A stretch of 43,336 nucleotides of DNA. Source: Actinomycetota bacterium (GTDB taxonomy: Bacteria; Actinomycetota; Actinomycetes; Actinomycetales; Microbacteriaceae). Shown in pieces: positions 36,935-43,336 of this stretch. The DNA is taken from positions 4,104 through 47,439 of the forward strand of contig JAZJYU010000061.1 in the NCBI GenBank assembly GCA_040390225.1, written 5' to 3'. Each line of letters begins with the position of its first letter. Within the stretch, counting starts at the first letter, position 1. Below the pieces are notes generated by a model. That model saw only the letters and a list, made by a program, of their open reading frames with translations. It did no database searches and was not told where the DNA came from. Both the position numbers and the translations under genes were made by a program.

Positions 36935-37384
36935 ATGGGCGACCTGGTCACCACACTTCACGTCGTCGCCGCCGTCTTCATCGTCGGCCCGATGGCGATA
37001 CTGCCGATGATCGGACTGCAGTCGATCCGCACGGGCAATGCACCGACCCTGCTGCGGCTCGCGAAATCCACGAACCTGTTCGCGCTGCTCTCCATCATCG
37101 TGTTCCTACTCGGCTTCGGAGCACTCGCCGTCGCCGATGCGAAGGAGCGCTGGTCGATCACGACACCGTGGATCATGACGTCGATCATCCTGTACCTGGT
37201 GGCTGCGTCACTCAGCCTCTTCGTCACCGCACCGGTGATGCGGGCGAAGGCGCACTCCCTCGAGCAAGAGCCTGACACGGGAGTCGCGCACGGCGCTCGT
37301 GCCTACCGCATGATCGCTGCCGGCTCGGGACTCTCGTCGCTGGCTCTCGTCGCAGTGGTCGTGCTCATGGTGTGGAAGCCATGA
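36935..37384 (+). CDS. 4-TM membrane protein, DUF2269-like
   Basis: LHVVAAVFIVGP...PWI...VVVLMVWKP C-terminus; family recalled, not searched. Confidence 0.7.
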   Translation: MGDLVTTLHVVAAVFIVGPMAILPMIGLQSIRTGNAPTLLRLAKSTNLFALLSIIVFLLGFGALAVADAKERWSITTPWIMTSIILYLVAASLSLFVTAPVMRAKAHSLEQEPDTGVAHGARAYRMIAAGSGLSSLALVAVVVLMVWKP

Positions 37385-37388
37385 CGCA

Positions 37389-38513
37389 TCAGCCGATGAC
37401 GTCCGCCACCTGACGAACGATCTCCAGCTCCTCATCCGTGGGAATCACGAGCACCGCGACCGTCGAGTCGCTTGACGAGATCGCGCGGCGGTTCTGATCG
37501 ACTGCGGCGTTCGCTTCGGGATCGATGTGAACTCCGAGAAAGCCGAAGGTCTCCAGGGCACCGGATCGGATGAGAGCGCTGTTCTCCCCCACGCCACCGG
37601 TGAAGACGATCGCGTCGACGCCACCCATGATCGCCGCATACGCGCCGATGTAATGGCGAAGGCGATGCACATACACCTCGATGGCCAATGCCGCGTGCGC
37701 TGACCCCCGCTCGCTCGCGCTGACGGTTTCGCGAAGGTCGCCGTGCCCCGCCAGACCGAGCAGCCCGCTGCGGCGATTGAGCAGGTCATCGATGTCGTCG
37801 ACGCTCATGCCGGCGACTCGGGACAGGTAGGGGATGACCGCGGGATCGATGTCGCCGGAGCGAGTGCCCATGACGAGGCCTTCCAATGGGGTGAGTCCCA
37901 TCGACGTGTCCACGGAGACACCGCCGGCGATCGCCGCGGCCGACGCGCCGTTCCCGAGGTGCAGCACGACCAGCCGCAGTTCATCGAGTGGGCGACCGAG
38001 AAAGTCCGCGGCGACCCGTGACACGAATCGGTACGACGTTCCGTGAAACCCGTATCTGCGCACTCCGAAGCGCTGAGCGACATGCGTGTCGATCGCGTAG
38101 GTGTAGGCGGCGGGCGGGAGCGTGGCGTGGAACGCGGTGTCGAAGACGGCGACCTGCGGAATGCCCGGCAACGCCGCGCGGGCCGCCTGGATTCCCTCCA
38201 GTCCGGCGGGGTTGTGGAGCGGTGCCAGGGGCACCAGCTGCTGCACCGCGGCGATCACAGCGTCATCGATCAGCACGGCCTCTGAGAAGCGCATGCCGCC
38301 GTGCACGATCCGGTGCCCTACGGCGTCGATGCGACCGGCCGGCAGCTCGGCGAGGATGACCGCGATGGCCGCCGCGTGGTCCGGCGTTGCCGAGCCCGTT
38401 TCGCCGATCTGGTCGACGGCGCCGGCAGCGACGCGCGTGCCTCTGTCGGCATCGATCACCGCCCACTTCACCGACGACGAACCGGAGTTGAGCACGAGCA
38501 CGGTGGTCGTCAC
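37389..38513 (-). CDS. ackA: Acetate kinase
   Basis: VLVLNSGSSSVK, GHRIVHGG, LAPLHNP, VFDTAFH, YGFHGTS, HLGNGAS, GTRSGD, FTGGVGEN, PTDEE. Confidence 0.96.
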   Translation of the reverse strand: MTTTVLVLNSGSSSVKWAVIDADRGTRVAAGAVDQIGETGSATPDHAAAIAVILAELPAGRIDAVGHRIVHGGMRFSEAVLIDDAVIAAVQQLVPLAPLHNPAGLEGIQAARAALPGIPQVAVFDTAFHATLPPAAYTYAIDTHVAQRFGVRRYGFHGTSYRFVSRVAADFLGRPLDELRLVVLHLGNGASAAAIAGGVSVDTSMGLTPLEGLVMGTRSGDIDPAVIPYLSRVAGMSVDDIDDLLNRRSGLLGLAGHGDLRETVSASERGSAHAALAIEVYVHRLRHYIGAYAAIMGGVDAIVFTGGVGENSALIRSGALETFGFLGVHIDPEANAAVDQNRRAISSSDSTVAVLVIPTDEELEIVRQVADVIG

Positions 38514-40609
38514 GCGACGCCGCCGGTCGCCTGAACAGCGGTGATGGCGATGGTGTTGACGATGTCGCGCACCAGAGCGCCACGAGACAGGTCGTTGACC
38601 GGCTTAGCCAGTCCCTGCAGAATCGGCCCGATGGCGAGCGCGTTGGCGCTGCGCTGCACCGCTTTGTACGTGTTGTTGCCGGTGTTCAGGTCGGGGAACA
38701 CGAACACGGTCGCATGACCTGCCACGTCGGATTCGGGCATCTTCGAGGCACCGACCGTCGGGTCGATGGCCGCGTCGTACTGGATCGGGCCGGCCACCGG
38801 AAGATCCGGTCGGCGTTCTCGTACGAGCTGGGTCGCCACGCGTACGGCATCGACGTCCGCGCCCGAACCCGATTCGCCGGTTGAGTAGCTCAGCATCGCG
38901 ATCCTCGGTTCGATGCCGAACGTTCGCGCGGTCGTCGCCGACGCGATCGCGATGTCAGCCAGCTCGGCGGACCCGGGCTCAGGCACGATCGCGCAGTCGC
39001 CGTAGACGAGCACGCGGTCGGCGAGCGACATGAAGAACACACTCGAGACGAGGGAGAACCCGGGAGCCGTCTTCACGATCTCGAAGGCGGGCCGGATCGT
39101 GTGCGCGGTCGAATGGCGTGCGCCGGACACCATCCCCCCGGCCAGCCCGAGATGCACCATCATCGTCGCGAAGTACGACACGTCCTGCACGACTGTATCG
39201 GCCTGCTCTCGAGTCACCCCCTTATGAGCGCGAAGCGCGGCATACTCGTCGGCGAAGCGCCCGACCAGCTCCGGATCGTGCGGAGACACCATGCGGATAC
39301 CGGAAAGGTCGATGCCCAGCTCTGTCGCGCGAGCGAGGATGGCCGGCCGATCTCCGAGAATGATCAGCTCGGCGATCTTCCGCGAAGAGACTATCGCTGC
39401 AGCGCGCAGCACCCGATCGTCGTCGCCCTCGGCCAGCACGATGGTCGCCGGCTTCGCCCGGGCCCGTTCCCAGATCGAGTGCTCGAATCGCTCCGGCGTC
39501 ATGGCGGCCGGCGGAAGCGACTGGGCACGCACCATGATTTCGCCTGCATCGACATTCGCGTCGAACATGTCGAGGGCTCGCCGGTACTTCGCGGGTGAAT
39601 CGGCTGCGAGCAGGCTTCGCACCGAGTGGATGCGCGTGGCCGAATCGAAGGTGCCGAGGTCGGTGGCGGCGATCGGCAGGTCCGTGCCGAGCCCGTCGAT
39701 CACGCGCCGGATGCTGTCCGCGAGCGCGAACGGGCCGTTGAGCACGATCCCCGCCAGTGACGGGAAGGTGTCGGAGAGGTGGGCGGCGAGCGTGCCGATC
39801 AGTACGCCGGGCCGGTCCGCCGGAATGACGACGACCGCCCCCTCGATCAGGCGGTCGAGCACGTGCTCCAGCGACATCCCGGCGACCACGGTTCCGAGCA
39901 CGGGTTCGTCGAGCAGTCGCGCATCGCCCGATTGGAGCGTGGCGCGCGCGCCGACGAGAACGGCCCCGAGCAGGGGTGCCATGAACTCGGGATCCTCGGG
40001 AATCGCCCAGGTCGCGATGCCGGTCGCTGAAGACACCGTGTCCCGGGTCTGCTGCACCTGGTCCGCGACGGCGCGCGTGACGACGATGGCCGCTACCGAC
40101 GCGAACTGGGCGGCGAGTTCGTGCGAGGCGACCCCCGCCACCTCCGCGATCTCCGCCGGCGTTCTGGGGTTCTCGGTTCCGCTCGCCCGCCCCGCGAGCA
40201 CCAGCACGACGGGCGCTGCCAGGGCGGCAGCGATTCTGCTGTTCACGGCGAGCTCTGCCGGTGTCGCGACGTCGGTGTAGTCCGACCCGATCACGACCAC
40301 CGCATCGCACCGCGAACTCACTTCGCTGAAACGCTCGAGGATCACCGCGATCGTGTCGTCTGGCCGGGCATGGATGTCCGCGTAGGTCGCGCCCGTGCAG
40401 GTCTCGCTGTCCAGTCCCGCCGTCGAGTGGTCGAGAAGCATCTCGAGTACGTAGTCGCCGGCCCCTGTCGAGCGGGATATCGGGCGAAACACTCCAACAC
40501 GTGCGTGCCGTGACTTCAATGCCTCCAGCAGTCCGAGCGCGACCGTGGATTTTCCCGTGCCGCCCTCCGCCGACGTGACATAGAAGGTCGAGCATTCTGG
40601 GGAGTCCAT
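38510..40609 (-). CDS. pta: Phosphate acetyltransferase, long form (P-loop + DRTGG + PTA)
   Basis: TGKSTVALG, RVGVFRP, SSVFFM, YGDCA, GPIQYDAA, FPDLNTGNNTYKAVQR, GPILQGLAKPVNDLSRG. Confidence 0.96.
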   Translation of the reverse strand: MDSPECSTFYVTSAEGGTGKSTVALGLLEALKSRHARVGVFRPISRSTGAGDYVLEMLLDHSTAGLDSETCTGATYADIHARPDDTIAVILERFSEVSSRCDAVVVIGSDYTDVATPAELAVNSRIAAALAAPVVLVLAGRASGTENPRTPAEIAEVAGVASHELAAQFASVAAIVVTRAVADQVQQTRDTVSSATGIATWAIPEDPEFMAPLLGAVLVGARATLQSGDARLLDEPVLGTVVAGMSLEHVLDRLIEGAVVVIPADRPGVLIGTLAAHLSDTFPSLAGIVLNGPFALADSIRRVIDGLGTDLPIAATDLGTFDSATRIHSVRSLLAADSPAKYRRALDMFDANVDAGEIMVRAQSLPPAAMTPERFEHSIWERARAKPATIVLAEGDDDRVLRAAAIVSSRKIAELIILGDRPAILARATELGIDLSGIRMVSPHDPELVGRFADEYAALRAHKGVTREQADTVVQDVSYFATMMVHLGLAGGMVSGARHSTAHTIRPAFEIVKTAPGFSLVSSVFFMSLADRVLVYGDCAIVPEPGSAELADIAIASATTARTFGIEPRIAMLSYSTGESGSGADVDAVRVATQLVRERRPDLPVAGPIQYDAAIDPTVGASKMPESDVAGHATVFVFPDLNTGNNTYKAVQRSANALAIGPILQGLAKPVNDLSRGALVRDIVNTIAITAVQATGGVA

Positions 40610-40662
40610 GGTGCCTTTCGATTCGCCAGGTCCATCATCCTCCCGCGGCGGGCAAGAGAAGG

Positions 40663-41115
40663 TCAGCGCACGCTGTCGCGTCCGACCCGTCGCGCTTGCA
40701 GCTGGTCGGCGAGCGCCTCCAGGGCCGGCAGGGCAACGATCAGCGCCTGCTGCAGGTCGTCCGGCAATTGCATGACGCTCTCGGAGACGACTTTGGCCCT
40801 CTCGAGCCGGATCCTGTCGTTGGCCTCACGGCCGTCGGCCGTGACCTCGACGTTGGCCGATCGCAGGTCATCGGCGTTCGGCACCCGGCGGATGAGCCTC
40901 GCATCGTCGAGCTTGCCGACGATGCGCGAGACCATCGTCGGGTTGAGTCCCTCGAGCGCGGTGAGGTCCGGCAGCCCGATCGGACCGCGGAATGCGATGA
41001 CCGCCAGCGCCGACGCCTCGGTCGGAGTGAGGCCCTCGCCCGCAGCCGACGCGTTGAGCTGACGTGAGAGCTTCGCGATCACTCCGCGCAGCCGCGAACC
41101 CGCTTCGGTATCCAT
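40663..41115 (-). CDS. MarR-family transcriptional regulator
   Basis: LTPTEASAL...L...EGL..TMVSRIV.KL....LIRR.P..DDLR....T..G winged HTH; start probably ATG 41115. Confidence 0.9.
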   Translation of the reverse strand: MDTEAGSRLRGVIAKLSRQLNASAAGEGLTPTEASALAVIAFRGPIGLPDLTALEGLNPTMVSRIVGKLDDARLIRRVPNADDLRSANVEVTADGREANDRIRLERAKVVSESVMQLPDDLQQALIVALPALEALADQLQARRVGRDSVR

Positions 41116-41136
41116 GACCCCAGTCTGCCTGACGAT

Positions 41137-41168
41137 CAATTACCTGCTTATCGGCAAGCAAAGTATTG
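41137..41168. promoter_or_regulatory. AT-rich imperfect palindrome, putative MarR operator
   Basis: CAATTACCTGCTT-ATCGGC-AAGCAAAGTATTG between divergent marR and MFS genes. Confidence 0.55.
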
Positions 41169-41175
41169 TTGACCT

Positions 41176-42600
41176 GTGACGACACGCGAATTGGCCGGCG
41201 ACACGGATACCCGGTCGGACGACAGGGGATTGCCGCGTCGTCACGCCGTGTTCGCGATCTGCGCCATGGCGATGTTCATGGCCTCCATCGACCAGACGAT
41301 CGTCTCAACCGCGCTATCGAGCATCCAGAATGATCTTCATTCCGGGCTCCAGTGGGGTGCGTGGACGATTACGATCTACTCGCTCGGCCAGGTGCTGGTC
41401 ATGCCGATCGCGGGAAAGCTCAGCGACCATTTCGGCCGCAAGCGCATCTTCATCATCGCCATCATCCTGTTCACGGCATCCTCGCTGCTCTGCGGGCTGT
41501 CGGTCAACATCTACATGCTGGTCGCGCTCCGCGGGCTACAGGCGATCGGGGGCGGGGCGTTCATGCCATCCGCCAACGGACTGATCGCCGATCACTTCGG
41601 GCGCAGCCGTGACCGCGCGCTCGGAATGATCGCGGCCACCTTCCCCACCGGCGCCCTGATCGGGCCGATCCTCGGTGGCGTGATCGTCACCTATTGGTCG
41701 TGGCGGTTCGTCTTCCTGGTGAACGTGCCGATCGGAATCATCCTGCTTGTGCTCGGGGTCGTCATCTTCCCGCGCAGCGCACCGCGGGTCGCTGACTCGG
41801 CGAACCGGCTCGACCTGCACGGTGTACTGCTGCTCGGCGCCTTCATCCTCTCGGGAATGATCGGCATCACCTCGCTCGGCGGCAGCGACGCGACGGTGCT
41901 GAGCCCCGCCTTCTACCTCCCCGTTGCGGCATCGGTCGTTGCGCTCGTGCTCTTCGTGAGACATGCGAAACTGGCGCCGAACCCCTTCATCGCGCTCGAC
42001 CTTCTCGTCGGCAAGACGTTCGGCGCGATCAATGGGCTGAACTTTCTGTTCGGCGCCGGAGCATTCGGATTCGGTGCGCTGGTGCCGATCTATGCCCACG
42101 AGCGCTACGGCATACCGATCCTCGAGGCCGGCACGCTGCTCACCGCCCGAGCCGTCGGAATGATCCTCGTGACCAGCGCCACCGTCTTCGCCCTGCGCCG
42201 AATCGGCTACCGCATCCCGATGTTCGCCGGCTTCAGCATCGTCGTCGTCGGAATGGTGCTGCTGGCGGTCGTGCCGCCCACCGGGGTAACCCCATACCTC
42301 TGGCTCTCCATCGGGGGCTGCGTCACCGGACTCGGTATGGGCATGACGATCCCCGCGGCGAACAACGCGGCGCTCATGCTCTCGCCGAGCCGCATCTCGT
42401 CGATAGCGGGTCTACGCGGGATGTTCCGGCAGTCGGGAGGAATCGTCGCGGTGTCGATCGCCACGACCGTCGCCGCCCGGACTGGAGACGAAGGGGAGAC
42501 GCTCGGCACGGTGTTCCTCGTCTTCGCGGTGATTCTCTTTCTTGCCATCCCGGCCATCTTCGCCGTTCCACGCGTCAAGTACCGGGCGATGACCCTGTAG
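41176..42600 (+). CDS. DHA2-type (14-TM) MFS efflux transporter
   Basis: DQTIVSTAL, GKLSDHFGRKR (motif A), GPILGG, WRFVFLVNVPIG. Confidence 0.92.
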   Translation: MTTRELAGDTDTRSDDRGLPRRHAVFAICAMAMFMASIDQTIVSTALSSIQNDLHSGLQWGAWTITIYSLGQVLVMPIAGKLSDHFGRKRIFIIAIILFTASSLLCGLSVNIYMLVALRGLQAIGGGAFMPSANGLIADHFGRSRDRALGMIAATFPTGALIGPILGGVIVTYWSWRFVFLVNVPIGIILLVLGVVIFPRSAPRVADSANRLDLHGVLLLGAFILSGMIGITSLGGSDATVLSPAFYLPVAASVVALVLFVRHAKLAPNPFIALDLLVGKTFGAINGLNFLFGAGAFGFGALVPIYAHERYGIPILEAGTLLTARAVGMILVTSATVFALRRIGYRIPMFAGFSIVVVGMVLLAVVPPTGVTPYLWLSIGGCVTGLGMGMTIPAANNAALMLSPSRISSIAGLRGMFRQSGGIVAVSIATTVAARTGDEGETLGTVFLVFAVILFLAIPAIFAVPRVKYRAMTL

Positions 42601-42779
42601 ACCTGCCGCATCGCCCCATCGGCGAGGGTGCCGTCGTTGCCCGATGAGCTCCGGAATCAGACGTCGTGTCGTCGTGCTGTCCGTGTATTATGACCGAGCC
42701 GTCATCCACCGGACCGTTGACTCGATCCACCCTTCCCAGGGTCTGAGCGCACGCGGCGAACCCGAAAGATCTGTGCTCC

Positions 42780-43336
42780 ATGCCCTCGTTGCTCACGATG
42801 AACATCGTCGATGGTTCAGTGCTGCTCGACCTGGTTGCGGTGAGCCTGCTGGCGCTGGTCTACCTCATGCTGCGCTATCGACCAGGGGTCGACTTGAGCG
42901 GCCGACCGCGCTGGCGACGATGGGGTTTCGTGGCTTCTACTGCGGCGGCCTGCGGGGCACTGCTCGGCGTTCTCATCATCATCGTGTTCGAGCAGGTGTT
43001 GAACGCGTTCGGCGTTCCGCTGGAGTGGGACATCCGGGGCTGGTTCATCGGCGCCGTCTCGGCGATGGCCGTCGCCGTGGCCAATCTCTGGAAGTCCCGG
43101 TGGTGGCGAAAGACCATCGCCGGCCTCGGCGTCGTCATCTTCGCGCTCACTGCGAGCGTCGCCATCAACGCGAGCTACGGGTTCAACGCGACCGTCGCGT
43201 CCCTGCGCAACGTCGACGTCGGCCAGACGGTCCAATCGAGCTTCTCCGCCCCCACGCTGTTCCTGATCGCTAACGACCTCGCCAAGATGGAAATTTCCGC
43301 GATGGTTTCCGAGGCTGACATTGGCGGCGTGGAGGA
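42780..43336 (+). CDS. Partial multi-TM membrane protein (N-terminus like actinobacterial membrane esterases); last ~130 nt appear foreign
   Basis: Manual translation MPSLLTMNIVDGSVLL...NLWKSRWWRKTIAGLGVVIFALTASVAINASYGFNATVASL, open to the window end; not in the ORF track. Confidence 0.6.
   Translation, partial: MPSLLTMNIVDGSVLLDLVAVSLLALVYLMLRYRPGVDLSGRPRWRRWGFVASTAAACGALLGVLIIIVFEQVLNAFGVPLEWDIRGWFIGAVSAMAVAVANLWKSRWWRKTIAGLGVVIFALTASVAINASYGFNATVASLRNVDVGQTVQSSFSAPTLFLIANDLAKMEISAMVSEADIGGVE

Noticed and set aside
1-43336. Mobile element, prophage, CRISPR array, tRNA or rRNA
   Set aside because: No integrase/transposase, flanking repeats, repeat-spacer arrays or RNA gene motifs seen; island here means a functional cluster, not demonstrated mobility

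Overview
High-GC actinobacterial DNA, Microbacteriaceae-like by protein style (an inference), made of two regulon-like blocks. Block 1 (1-4.3 kb) holds the 5' part of a kdp K+-pump operon (small peptide-kdpF-kdpA), a membrane protein, two divergent ~170-aa paralogues that look like diaminopimelate decarboxylase (LysA) with the PLP barrel deleted, and corA. All five promoters share a helically phased CGTWAG-like direct-repeat array (11/21-22/11 spacing), probably a KdpE-type site. Block 2 (~4.9-37.4 kb) is a hypoxia island around a DosS/DosR (DevS/DevR)-like two-component system. Eleven DosR-type palindromes (RGGAC-N4-GTCCC-like), each 22-23 nt from a -10-like hexamer, precede an ADH-hsmA-flippase operon, a full arginine deiminase operon, BON/ADH, three USPs, cydABDC, an SDR-FMN protein-pntAAB-ALDH operon, phosphoketolase-P-type ATPase and two non-coding intervals with C5-loop hairpins (candidate DosR-driven sRNAs). 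pta-ackA and a MarR/MFS pair follow. Both window ends look chimeric. No rRNA, tRNA, CRISPR or mobile element was recognised. Family assignments come from recalled motifs, not database searches.
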